From Hyphochytrium catenoides (taxonomy: Eukaryota > Protista > Hyphochytriomycota): DNA of 64,000 nucleotides. The position numbers and the translations under genes were made by a program. The stretch's first letter is position 1. The number at the start of each line of letters is the position of its first letter. The DNA lies in the NCBI GenBank assembly GCA_900088475.1, contig FLMG01004315.1, positions 6,353-70,352 of the forward strand. Direction: 5' to 3'. This document shows positions 38,187 through 51,658 of this stretch, in pieces. The notes under the pieces were generated by a model. That model saw only the letters and a list, made by a program, of their open reading frames with translations. It was not told where the DNA came from and did not search any database.

Positions 38187-41100
38187 TTACTTCTGCTTCT
38201 CTTCCTTCTTCTTCTTTGACTTATTCCCGCTTCCAGGGCGGTTGAGCTGTCTCCCAGAGTCACTCTTTCCCCCTCCAGCTTTTCCTTCTCCGTCCCCTGC
38301 TGCACCACCTCCTCCTTTCCCTCCCGAGGAGACCTTGGTCACATCCATCGCGAGCAGCTTACTCACCTCCAAGCCCGCAGTGAAGGCTGGGTTGAACATA
38401 ATCCTTTTTTGGAAGTCTCCAATGAAAGGCAGGAACATTGCGATGATGAGGATGGGCGCGAAGATAAACCAGCCCACAAAGCGGTCAATCGTGTTGCCCA
38501 ACGCCTGCACCACGATGTGGTTCTGATAGCCTCTAACTATGAAGAGTTTCTGGAAAAAGAAAAGGACGAAGAAGAGTATGACCAGGACCTCCAAAAGAGC
38601 GGTGAAGTTCAGTCCAATGCCCCAGACGAGGAACAGGAGCACTAGCATGGCGAAGAAGAACATGTAGAACTTCAGCTTTCGAAGTTGCCGCTGCTTTCTG
38701 GCCCACTTCTTCGCGATTCTGCTGCTAACATAGCCTGAAGATAGAAAGAAGGACCGCAACAGTTAGGTAGGCATCTCCGAAGAAAAGGAAAGAAAAGACT
38801 CAGTTCACCAAAAGAGTTGCCCTCTCAAAAACCTTTGCATCCTAGGACTAGGTTGCTCCCCATTTGCCTTACCTATGAGGACAATGACGGCAATGATGAC
38901 AAAGAATGCGCCCATGTAGATGTAGATGGTCGGGTCGCTAGGATCTATCCGCTTGTTCTGTGACTGGTATCTGCAAATCATCAGCGGAGTTATTGATGCC
39001 GAGACAATGGAGGAGAACAGAAAGAAGGAAAAGCTGAGACAAGTCTACGCGCAGGACCGTCGGAGACAGACACGAAGAGACTCTTTTAACACGAAAGGGC
39101 AGAAGAGAACCTCCATTGAGACAACTTGACGCGCTCTTACCTATAACGGAAGACCAGGTTGAGATACATCAGATAGGCGATGACCAAGAACCTAGAGCTC
39201 CGAAGAACAGTGACGAACTTCGCGGCTCCTGTGCTATATTCGAAGTAAGAGTGTTCCTGAAAATAGGAGGACATAAGTGTCAGGAAAACGTGGAAACAAA
39301 GAAAGCAGGCTTAGGAGAACAGGCGCTCAGAAGCGGTTTCGCTATTGAAAAGAATAGAGAGACCAAAGGCAGATTCCCACCTGCATCCACCATCCCAGCC
39401 AACTCTCACTGCTATCATTCTTTGTTCTGAGCCAGTTCTGCCAGTCTGAGAAGTCAACGATAACTTTATCCCAGTCAAGTCCACTAGGATTGAAGAAGAA
39501 TGGGGCCCAAAGGAAGGTGCACGAAATAATCCATAGAGAGAAGGTCATGAGGCCGTAGTTCTGCTCTGTAGGAAGGATGCACATCTGGTAGTAAACGCTG
39601 AGGGAGAGAGAGAGACAGAAAGAGAGAGAAAGCGACAAAGAGAGGTCAGGTCCTGTTCTTTTGCAGCACGATAGGGGAAGTCAGACAAACAAAGAGAGGA
39701 ATGACAGCGACAAGAAACTGACGAGGCTTTAACGCTAAGAAGATTAGTTTGGCGGCTGAGACCAAGCGATAGCAGAGACAGAATCGCTCTTGCGGCTCGG
39801 TTCTTTCCCTACTCTGACCCCGGTTCCTGCCTCTCTTCCACAGCCTACATCTTTCTTACCTGTAGCACCGTGCGTTCCAGTCATAATACGTGGGCTCAGT
39901 GTTCCCGAAGAACTCAGCGTCAATCGTCCAGGCACAGTTGCACCAGCTAAAGACACCATATGCCCTGCAGAATAGACATGTGCCATTCTATCAGTCGTTG
40001 GGCTCATGGGGCTAATCCTCTTTCGCATTCTCCTTTCCCCTCAAAAGTCCTCTCATGCTCTTCCTCCCCTCTGTGGCTATGCTCTATTACTTATATCATC
40101 TGTACTGCGCTTGATCCCCTTACCGGTAAAGAATGAGCAGCACAATGAGCTCCAAACCGAGATAGAAGTGGGAGGAGGCATAGAAGCGATAGAGCTCCGC
40201 AAACTTCTCATGTCTGATTGTGAAGCCTCTGCCCGTCGCTCTGTACTTGGCACCGCCATGGATCAGCGTTCGATCAAAGTAATGGCTGAGAGAGGTACGA
40301 AGAGAGTGATCGTAGAGAGGAGATTGATTAGCAACAATGGGCCGGCATCCGTTGTTCTTTTGGGCTCACTTTTCCCTAAGCTGGTCCCTCTCTCCTCTTC
40401 ATGTGCATCTTCCCTAACTTAATTCGTGGAGCTCTACAAATTGGGCATCCTTTTTATCTTTCCGCTGTCTCTTCTTCTTGTCTTACCTCTTTGTCCCCAT
40501 GTGGAAGGCGAAGTAAATGGGACCGAGAGAGAAGACATTCCATAAGAGATAGGAGAAGCCGTGGCGGAAACCTGTCTCTACTCCGACAACTGCGATGATC
40601 GGAATAACCAAGAGCATGCCCATCTGGAAAGCCCAGGAGGTATTCAAAACTTCACCGATGCCCAGTCCTCCCTGGGTTAGGAAGAGTTCGCCTATAGAAG
40701 GAAACAGAACAGATGAAGCAAAAAAAGATGTAAGAGTGAAGTTGAATAGTGATGACAGGAGCCGGTATCATGTTGCCCAATCAAACAGAGCGGGCTGTTT
40801 GCTTGATTCCTCTGTCTGTTGTCGCCTTACTTACCCTTTCCGCTGAGAGAATTGTAGACCTTGCCGTAGATGAAGAGATACACGGAAAGCATTGTCAGGG
40901 CCTGGGTAATGTACCAGCCCAGGTTTCCATAGAAGAACGTCTGCAGTCTCCAAAAGGAGAGACGGGATCCCAGACGCGCAACTTCTCGTGACGTGACAGC
41001 CTCTCCTGCTCCAGATGCAAGCTTGGCCTCGAAGAGGGTCAACTGCTGCATACCGACATCCCTTCCTTTCCCGACCTACGTGGTTGAACGTTAACATCAC

Positions 41101-44100
41101 CATGACGCTAGCCATACGCAGAATAAAGCAGATGGTCATAGATGGAGAGAGACAGAGCGCGAGGTACGTGAAGGAAAAGGAGGGCAGCAAGAGAGGGGGA
41201 AAGTCACATAGATAAACTAAAGAGAGAGAGAGACGCGAGGATGAGGGAGAGATGCGGCAGACAAAATATGAATTCCACTAGACCTCTCTCTCTCTCTGTC
41301 TCTGTATCTTTCTCTCTCTGTCTCTCTCTCTCTCACCTGTATAAACTCCTCATGGCTCACAAGTCCACCTCTCAATGTCACATTAAAGCCTGCAAAAATA
41401 TCCTCCGACAGGTTGATACCCTTGCTGGCCTTGCTCATCCCTCCCTTGGTGATGGCGAAGAGCTTGTCAAACACGTCGGGATGACCGTAGTGCATACGGA
41501 CACCGAACATAGCTAGCATTCTTTGACCAAGTGAGACAAACGACAGCTCCTGCAGGTAAGAGGACGGGAGAGAGAAGGATCAGAAGGATCACATCTTTAC
41601 CCTGATAAACGTCTCCCATTCTCCATCTCTCCTTCAATCCTTTTCCTTCGCCTTTGAAAAGAGCAAAGCCCTCCTCTCGTAGAGACTCTCGCTTATGTTC
41701 TTCGAGGGTACTTGATTGTGTTCCTCTCTCTTCTATTCTCTCTCTCTCCTCTTCCCAGGCCCTCTCTCCGTTTACCTGTATGCCCATAAAGCTCGCAAGG
41801 TTGCTGACACCTCCAGTAAAGATGTGCTCCCTCATTCCAATGAGGTATATGGGTGCCTTGGATTTAGACAGCTCCGCCGTGCGGAGAAGGTTTGGCATCT
41901 AAGAGTAAGGGAAGTCAAGGACTATCTTAGTCTCAAAGAAAGAAAAGACGGAAAGTCCCAAAGGAAGGCACGCTGACACGTCGAAAAAGGTGTTCCGTTG
42001 AGGAAGGGAGTCATCAATCAAAGCTGAAGAAGAGAGACAAGGAGAGACACACTCTTGTGAACGGGGAGAGAAAACAGGACAGAGCCTGCATCGTCGAAGG
42101 AAGAAAGTAAAGGTGGACGATGGGAGAGCAAAGGCGTCAAACGAAGATACTGTCCGCATCATCTCTCTTGGCCCCGGTCTTCTCTTAGGTACCTTCAGGC
42201 ACTCTTCCAAGTATCCGTCCTGGTTCATATCAATGACCTGAATCATCTCTCCCCGAGAGAAGATTATCGCGTGGTTATGGTTCTCAGGCTTTCCCTCTCC
42301 GACGATCGGGTTACCCGGGAGTTCCACACGGTAGACTGAAGCCGGAAGCGTGATGAAGGAGGAGAGTTAGAATGGGTAGCAAATCATAGACATTGGAGGA
42401 CATTGGAAGCTGAGGGAGAGACAAAGAGACTAAATGGAAGATAGAAGCTATGAAACATAGCGTACCTTCAACAATCCTATTCTCCATGCTGCGGATCAGC
42501 ACCGAGTAGAACCTCGGGGGTCCGTCCTTCACCTTCTTGGGCCCGTCCACGTAGGCGACTCGCAGGCCTTTGTGCTTGTGCAGCAAGTAATCAATGTCCG
42601 CCGCCTGCTGCTTCTGTTCGTCCTTCATTTTACCATAGATCTGACACGTGCAAACGTAGGAGAACTTTGTATAGACTAGCTCCTTTAAGCGTTGGCAGCG
42701 GTTGCATGCACAGCCTCCAAGATGCATATTCTCATTTTCTCCTACAGTTGTGGAGGATGGAGAAGGAGAGAGTCAGAGGAAGAAAGGGAACGGCGGCAAG
42801 ATATGAGGCAAAACCCCGAAAGCCACGCTGAAGCAAGCAGGAGATAAAATCAAGCAAGAACAAGGGATTCCAAAGAGCCAAGGGAAGGGATCAAGAAACA
42901 GGAGGTGAGATAAAAAGCCATCTCTCTCCTTCCGGCTTACCGATTTCCAGCCAGTGCAGGAACTTGATCGCTTCCTCATTGTACATCATTCCACGCACAG
43001 TTCGTGCCAGAGTCTGCCCACGGTAAGAAGCCCAGAGACGAACCTGGAAGATAGAGGAGAAACAGCAAAGGAAAGACACGCAGATGGCGTAAAGGGAGAG
43101 AGGACACTCAGTGAATGAGAGAGGGAGGCGGCCAAGGCAAATAGCCCAGACCAAGATGGAGTGTTGACAATGAGAAATAAGGAAGAGAAGAAGCTCTTCC
43201 ACCTCTACTTGGCTCATGGTCTCTATTCTCACCTCGTCTGGCGCCTGCTGGACAGCTGAGAGAGCATCTTTAGCCTTTATTCTCTCCAAGAAGTTGGCCC
43301 ACTCGAAGGGGTAGATCGTGGCTAAGTAGAAGAGAAGACCCATCTGGTCCTCGTTGACATCCATCAAGTCTAGGCAAAATCGAACAGAGAGAGGGGAGCA
43401 AGATAGCGGCAGAGGGAGAAGAGGTGAAGGAGAAAGTGAAGGCTGGTATCGAGCCTTTGTTTTCTCGTCTGTTCTGCTTCTAGTACATCTCCTTTCTTCC
43501 TCCTTGAAGACTAGCTTTCGCTCCTTCTGTCCCCTCCTTCTCGACCTCTTCACTCTTTTCTTTCCTCTCCTGCCAACTTTCTTACCCTTGATGCTGTACA
43601 TGACAATCTCGGAGTAGTACGGGGTGGCGACAGACAAGGACTTCATCTGCTTGATGGACGTCGCGGTTGGCATGTCCATAAACATCGAATTGCAGAAGAA
43701 TCGTAACCTCCGCCTGCCTTCCTCGCTACGAGGCTCAGCGTCCTGCAAGCCAAGGGTTAGCGCGAAAGGATGAAAGAAGAACATAAAAGAAATGAGAGAT
43801 AAAGAGGGATTTCATTGATGAAGGAAGCGGCTGCTGCTGACCATATTGTCCACAGTGAGCAGATAATATGCCCGAGTCACAACGTCCGTGGCGGCTTTAT
43901 CATTCACCACTCGGTGCAGCTGCTGAGAGGCGTAGGTCTGGTTCTCTCCAGGGAAGAAGAAGGAATCGGGCTGCGGTAGCCGTACACAGAGAGGAAGAGA
44001 GACACAAGTTGGCGGAGAGAGTAAGAAACCGATCAGTGTAGTGACTGGTAATGTCGTCCGAGCATTTGCATTCTCCTATGAACCTCAACAGATGCCTCTT

Positions 44101-46593
44101 ACTCCTTCTACTGTCTATCTTCAGTCGCCCTGAGCCTATTCTTACCTTGAGCGGAGTATCGCTAAGGATCTGGACCATGGCTGGCTGTTTCTTTAGAACG
44201 CCCTTCAACGCATTCAGGACGCTCTCCACGTGGTCGATGACGAAGTATAACCCTCGCTGGAACTTTATGGAGGACATCGGAACATCTCGAGGAACGTCAA
44301 GTAGAGACTGTCGAGAGTAAGAGTGAGTCGGAGGGAAGAATCGAGAGAGCAGAGTGCGAGAGATAGACAGAACGGGATCAGTTGAGCCAGCGTCAGAGAG
44401 AAGGAGAGAAGTCAGCCCAAGGAGGAAAAATGTCGTAAGAATACAGGGCAGGAGTCACCCACCTTCATCAGCTCCGCGCATGAAGTTCTTAGCTTATGTA
44501 GATGGACAAGATTCAGCGCTTTCAATATTGTTCTGAGAGAGGCCGGGGATGGAAAAAAGAGAGAGAGAGAGAGAGACGACGTATCAGATGGAGTCAGCAC
44601 CGAATGGCATCCGCACTAAGTCCATATCAAGTGCTTACCCGCTGACCACCTGCTCCTCTAAGAACTGGAGGACTTCCTCAATTTCTTTATGCATTGGGCC
44701 TAGTAAGGAGACGAGTGAGGGAGAGAAAGGTTAGGAACCCTAAGCCAACTACATCGGCCTTGAGAGGAGGAAGTGGGTTAAACCTAGTAGCTGACGAGAA
44801 GGGAAGAGGGCGACGGAGAGCGGGAACTAAGAGCAAAAATAGACGAGAACGTGGGGACAGAAGAGCGAGTCCTGACCTAGTAGAATTCTTATCACTTGGG
44901 ACGTGAACTTGTAAGACCCGAGAACTGCTTCCACTCGAAGGTCATCCTTCGTTAGCCGCTCGTTGAGGATACTCTCCACACGCTGAATTGGCTTGTCTTT
45001 TGTCTACAGGCAGTGAGATATTAGTAAGGAGGCGAGTAGAGGGGAGAGAAAGAAAGAGAGAGAGTATGACAGAGAGAGAGAATATGACAAAGAGAGACAA
45101 AGCGAGCATGCATATAGAGAAAGACAGCTGTGTCACACAGAATAATGAGCTCGTTATATATTGGAACAAAGAGTACGGAAGTGCTAGACAGCGTCACTCC
45201 TTGCGAGCTGCTTCAGGCGTGGCACTATCAGCCAATCGCGCCTCAAATATCTCCCTTTTTTGGACTTTTCTCTTTGTGCGGTAACGTCTTACCTTCTTCT
45301 TGTCCTGGGCAATCTTCTCGGCTATGGTGGCACACTCCACGATAATGTCAATGGACTCGTCCAGCTTCCCTGCTGAGAGGAAGGCTGGGGTGTACAGCCG
45401 CCTGTGCTCTCCCTTATCGTCGTCAATCAGATAGCTAGAAGAGAGGAACAAACCAGCGAGAGAAAGAATGGAGGAACGATCACCGCGTTGCGTTGCTAAT
45501 TGTTTGCCTAACTCTTTCAACGCTATCAACACGGCCTTCCCTATACCGTCTCTCTTTGTCACCCTCGCTTCGTCCTCCCCTCTCCCTTCTTCTGCACCTT
45601 TCTCTTTCTACACTTCCTTTCTTGTTCCCCTTACCTGAGAACATTGAGCTCTCTGTTACTGATGATATCTGCCTCCCGAAGTGAGAGAAGACATCGATTC
45701 CAGGCCATTGCGAAGGAGATAGTTCTTTCGAAAGCTGAGAAGAGGATAGAGCGCAGACAAAAGGACCAGAACGAGTGAGCGCAGGAGGCAAAAAGCTCAA
45801 ATAAAAGAGAGACAGGACGGATGTCATTCTATAGCACTCTGTCATTCCTCCAGTACCTGCTCCACTCAGTCCACTGACGCTCGACATGGCGCTAAAACCC
45901 GAAGACCGACGGTTGTTCCCTTGAAGTCCATTCTGAGGCGTGGCCATGGCAGAATAGGGAGCAGACTCCGCTGAAAAGAGGGACCGCAAGGTGAGGACAG
46001 ACGGCGCCAGACGAGGCAAAGATATAGAGAGTCCAGAAGGAGAGACCATCGAATAAAGGATAGTAAGGAGGAAGGGTCAGTTTCTCTGCTTCCTTACATC
46101 TGTTCCCATTCTCCGCCTCCTCCGGCAGTCTCTCCAGCAAGGCTGCGTACTTGGCTGTCTCCACCACGAGAGGCTGGGGGCCTGAGGTGTAAGAAATTCG
46201 TTCGAAATGGCGAAGCGGAAGGGCAGCGTTCTCCACCACCGCGCCCTTTGTTTTCTTCTTCTTCTTCTTCTTCTTTTTCTCTTCTTCGGCAGCTTCAGCA
46301 TCGTGGATGTTTGGCACCATTTTCTTGTTGAACTCTGCCGCCACGGACTTGAACGTCTGTCGAAGGATGCGGAAGGAACGAACTTCTCCAACCTGGAGAA
46401 AGTACGCATGAGAAAGGGATTGGCAAAGGAGATATACAGCTCTTTAGGCAAGGACTCTTAGGTAAGGACGGCGAACAGACGGAGAGAGAGAGACTGAATA
46501 CACAGACAGATTGCCGGATAGCGAAGGGAGAGAGTTTTATGCAATGACAACTCATCACGAAGAAATGGAAAGAACAAAGAGAGAGAGACAGAT

Positions 46594-46628
<35 letters not shown>

Positions 46629-49600
46629 TAAACCGCGAGCGAAAGACCGAGCGCGAGAGACAGATAGTGAGAGTGAGAAGCAAGGAAGGGAAGAGAGAGA
46701 GAGTGTAAGACAGACAGACAGAGGAAACTAGATAGCAAAACCTAAAGGAGCGCCCATGGTGCCACTAACCTTGAGGTTGAACCCTTTGATCCCTCCAACT
46801 ACCACTGAGAAGATGGAGTACCAGATCTGAATGTCATACATGAAGACAACGAAGGAAGGCAGCCACAGCGCCAGGAGATAGTCAATGTTATGCAGCCCTG
46901 GAGAGAGACAGACGCGGGAAAGGTACAACTATAGTCAGCAGGGCTGTGGTCAGAGAGCCAACGATCCAGAAAATACGTAGAGCATAGCTCCACAGAGGGA
47001 GAGGAAGACGGCGAATGTACGTAGTTAAGTCATGGAAACACATTCCAACAGAGAGAAAAAAGTGAGGCAGCTGAAGCCGAGTTGGAGAGAAAGAAACCGA
47101 GAGCAAGGAAGAGAGAACGACGATCATGAGGGCCGGAGAGAGGCATGAAATTAACCTCCCAAGCTCTTGTAGAAGGAACAAAGGCTATGGACTTGAGGAG
47201 GAGACCTTACCGACAGGCAGCAGGAACCTATAGTAGGCAATGCCAAGAGAGTCTGGATAGTACCATATGAACATGGAGGCCTCTACCAAGGCCTTGATCA
47301 TAAAGGTATAACTTGCGAATAGCTTCAGCGCAATCAGAGCCTGGAGTTAAGAAGAAGAGAGAGAGAGGCAGACGATTAGAAAGAGAGAGAATGAGCCCGC
47401 GGAAGGTGCGTGAGTGATTAGCGCTCGGGAATATCCGTATATATGCCCTCAATCTTACCAGCCAGAAAAACATCGTCTTCATGGACATTGAGAACGGGAC
47501 TCGCATAGATTTGCCTACAAAGCCGACAGACATTCTGCTGAAGATTCTTCGCTGGAGCTCAGTGACGAAGAGGATGAGCACCAGTCCGATGCCTGGCCCC
47601 GGGATGAAGAGACAGAGATACCGTTAAAAGAGATCTTGTGGAAGAGAGGATGGGTCGAACTCAAGACCCGCTACTCGCTCTATCTACAGCTAGTGATCTA
47701 CTTTGGCGATGTCTTTTTCACTCTGCTATCTCTTTTTCTCTCTTTTTCTCTCTTCTTGTTTCTCTCTCTCTGTCTCTACTTCCTTCTATATCTCCCTCTT
47801 CATACCTCCTGCGCCAACCAGCATGGCCATGTCACTGTTAGGGTTGCTGATCACTCCCTGGGCAAGGCTCACGAAAGTAGAAGAAGAATCGATGCCAATG
47901 CCGCACATGCCGCAGTTGAGATAGCCATCCCCGCTCTCTCCTATAATCTTTAACGCTCTCTCTTTCCAGGTGGGGAAGCATGTCGACTGATCATACACCT
48001 GAGCCGCTGACGTGGACTTGGAAGTCCGGTCAAACGTAGTGAAGTTGCCTTGAACCTAAGCGCCATTACATTGTTAAACGGGGTCAAAGACGAGGGAAAA
48101 TAGACACGAGAGAAGGAAGAAGCTTATAAAGACGATGACGAGATCAACATAGACAACCAGAAGAAGAAAGGGCGGCGTGAGACAGTACCTGAAAGCACTT
48201 CTCAATCCTGTCCAAGTAGCAGGAGCAGCGTCCGGAAGTCTTCGTGACGCACGAATCAGCGTATCCCGAGATCTAGGGACGGGTTGAGAACGTTAGCAAC
48301 ATTAGCAGAGTGAGTGAAGGGGCGACATGGGCCCAAGAGTAAAGTAGGAGGAGGATGGAGCTCTCTACGTGTAGCTTCCGGCCCCTTCTTTTCGTCCCGC
48401 GTCTCCCTCTTGATTAAGTTTGCCGTTGTCTTCTGCGCTCTCTGCACTTCCTCTCTTCTTCTCACTCTTTGTTATCTAACGGCCTTACAGCGCTCACCTG
48501 TCCGAAGTCCACGACTCCGATGAGGTCATTGAAGTCTCGAGGAAGAGATGCAAATCGTCTCTTTGCCGTGGCAGATGCGTCGCCGACGGGAGACATACCT
48601 TATACAAGGCAGAGGCAATAAGAGAGGATGAAAGAGGGAGAAAGAGTCTTTGTGAGAGAGGATACCCTCCTAGTGTTGTGTGCCTATATGTTCGCCTTCT
48701 CACTTGTCCTTTCGTCTTTTTCTCTCTTGTCCCCTTCTGGATGTCCTCATAGTTCTGGGCTTCGCACTATCGCGTGTTGAACCTTCTTTCTCCTTCATTC
48801 TCTCTCTCTCTCGTGCGTCTATGTGTTCATTCGTCGGTGTATCTGACCTAAGCAAACAGCCAGCATGACAGGGTTGCAGGTCTTTGGGAACGTAGTGCTT
48901 GCAGTCTCCGCAGAGCCTTCGCGATAGAACTTGTGGCCAAGGATCTCAAGCTTCATGTTTGCTGGCGACTGCTGGAGCTTGTACAGGATCCTACAGTGGA
49001 GCAAAAGTTAGACAACGGTAGCACGAAAGAAGCAGCAGATTTGACTGTGTCTGACAGAGAGAACAATAAGGGTCCAAGCTAGGACAATGGGCAAGCGGCT
49101 GACAATAGAAGAAAGCTAGAAAGGAGGAGAGAGAGAGACACCGTAGAGGAGTTAAGAGCCAGAGAGAACAAGAAGTAACAGAACAGAAGAGTGACATACA
49201 TGGCTTCAGGACAAAGTATTGTCATGTTAACGGCGAACGCAATGCACGCCAGGAAGAGCGAGCAGGAAAAGTAGAAGACACGGCGGTAAGACAGAATAGC
49301 CCGCATCCAGCTTCTGGTCTCAGTGAACGTCTTCCTTGCGACCATGGGCTTTCCCTTCTTGTCCACCTTGCTGAACGCTTCCGAGACAGTGTTCGGATCA
49401 TACTTTAGGCACTTCTTCGTCCAGAAGAACTAGCAATGGGAGAAAAGAAATAGCGAAAAACAGGGCGAAGTGGGAAAAGAGAGGGAAGTTAGCTAAACAG
49501 TCGAGATCTCAATCGTCAAAGTCGTGTCCTTCGTCAACTTCTAACTCTGTCTCACTCTTTAACATTTTTCTCGCCCTCTCTGTCTCTCTCTCTCTGTCCT

Positions 49601-51658
49601 TTCTCGAACTTTATCTCTGCCTCTCCCTCTCCTCTGTCTCTGTCTTCGCACCCTTTCGCTTCTTCTCTCCTTCTCCTCTTATGGTTGCAGCACCGCTTTC
49701 CTCCCTGTCTAAACTCCCCGGCCTACCTCATTGAAGTCATCATAGTTCCTGATCTCGCAGTGATCCGCCCGCGCGCCCTTCTGGGTCTTCTTGTTATTGT
49801 CCTTGTTGAGCTCGTCGTATAGAGGCTTGACGATGGTAGTAAGGAATGTCCCTGCAGAGCGGACGACATTGAGAGTAAGAAACATGCAGAGATACTCGAA
49901 GCAAGTGGGAGTAGAACGAAGAGGCCCAAAATATGAGAGAGACTGCTAGCTGGACGCTAGATGTCTAGGCTCGTACCAGGCTCTGCGGGCTCGAAAGAGC
50001 GGCCACTTGATGAGATAGCTGTGGCGTTCATCTTGTGAAATAGGAAGCATAGATACCTGTTGCAAAGAGGAAGAGAGCGACAAAAGAGAGAGTCAGACAG
50101 AGAGAGAGAAAAAAGAAAGGCAGGTGGAGAGATACAAAGAGAGAGAAGAGGCGAGGGAGAACAAAGAGTTAGGGGTCACTCCAGTGCCGAGCCCCAGCTT
50201 CCCGTATTAGATAAGACATTCCCTTTCTTTTCTTGTGGGTTCGCTCTTTTCGCCTCCACCTAGAATCCGCTCTCCTCTTCTAGCTCCTTTCCCTGTCTTC
50301 TCCTTCTGACTTACTCTGGCATTTGTCTCATGTTGGCTGCCTCTCCCCATATAAGCATGAACAGAGCAATGTCCACAATGGGCTCTGGACCAAAGACGGG
50401 CTTACAGCCCAGGTGTTTGCACCACTGCTTGTAATTATCAAAGAGCTTTGTATGCAGCTGTGAGATTGCTCCCTTGAGAGGATCCTCCTCTCTCTGTCCG
50501 CCTCTTCCTCCATCTCTCTGCCTAGCTCTACCGTCCGCCGTGGAGGTTATGCCTGCGGCCGAACGAAGAGAGTCGAGATAGGCGGGTGTTTCTAGCTGAT
50601 ACTTCAAGTTCTGAAGGAGAAAGACGATGTGCTCTTTCTGATTCATCACGTTCTGCTCCTGGAAGCCAAAGAGACGGCTGAGAAAGTGACAGACTTCTCC
50701 GCAGACCGTTGACCTAAAGAGAAGTCATGCCCGAACAGAGGGAGAAATATTCAAAGACGAAGGCGATGTTGATGTTATGTTAGAAAAATGGCAAGACAAA
50801 GGGAGAGTGTGATCCAGACTAGCAATCGAGAGAGCAGCACACCGTCACAGCAAGCTTAAGGTTAGGGATAAGAAAGTAAACTCCATCCTTCGGAGCGCGG
50901 AGTGGGAACGCTTCCACCAAGAAGGCAGAGGTAAGAAACCGAATGTAGAGACACGAAGAGATTGGGGGAAGATGAGTGGCACAAGCTCAGACTCTTACTT
51001 ATTTAGAGCTTCAATGACAGGAGCGAAGTCAGCCGGTGGGCTCCTCCAATCTAGATAGTTCAATCTCACGGCCGCGTCGCCTCTGTTCAGCATAACATTG
51101 GAAGGAGACGCAGGGTTCATAAAGTGGGTCATCTCCCTTTCGTCTCCCCCTGACCCTCCTTCTTGTTCTCCCCCTGCCGCGGGCTGCGGCATCTGCTGTT
51201 TGATCATCTTGACATAGCGCTTGATCTTCTTGTTCAACTTAGTTGCCTCCTCCTGCTCCTCCTCTGAGAACTGGATCTCCATGGCGAACTCCATTAGCTT
51301 TACAGCTGTCTTTAGGCTTTGGTCCGAAGCTAGAAGAAGCAGACAAGTAGAGTAAGTTTGTGACCATAGAGGAAGTGAGGAGAGATGACACAGGAAGTGC
51401 AGGCCAGTCAAGATGATCAATGATCAAGTGTAGGCCTGCTAAGCAATGGAATATCCTCAGAAGGCAGAGATGAGCGATATTATTGAACAAAGGCTCCGAT
51501 ACGAAGGCTGGACATCGGGAGACACCTGTGGAATCGCCTTGGGACTGTGCCGTGATGCCCGCATTGACAAGGCTCGTCGCCTTCGTCCATAGTGCTTTCT
51601 GGCGCTCAAGCGGGGGAAGACTGCGAGTATCTTTGATAATAGATGCTGCGGTCTCCAT
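38187..51658 (-). CDS. 1,3-beta-glucan (callose) synthase, GT48/FKS family, many exons
   Basis: FKS1-dom1 ([22 protein letters not shown]), [111 protein letters not shown] and [10 protein letters not shown], plus multiple TM helices. ATG at 51658 is preceded by an in-frame TAA; stop TAA at 38187. Confidence 0.95.

Noticed and set aside
1935-51658. Alternative genetic code or non-canonical introns as a cause of the fragmented ORF track
   Set aside because: Every junction I reconstructed is GT-AG and phase-compatible, and TAA, TAG and TGA all act as terminal stops.
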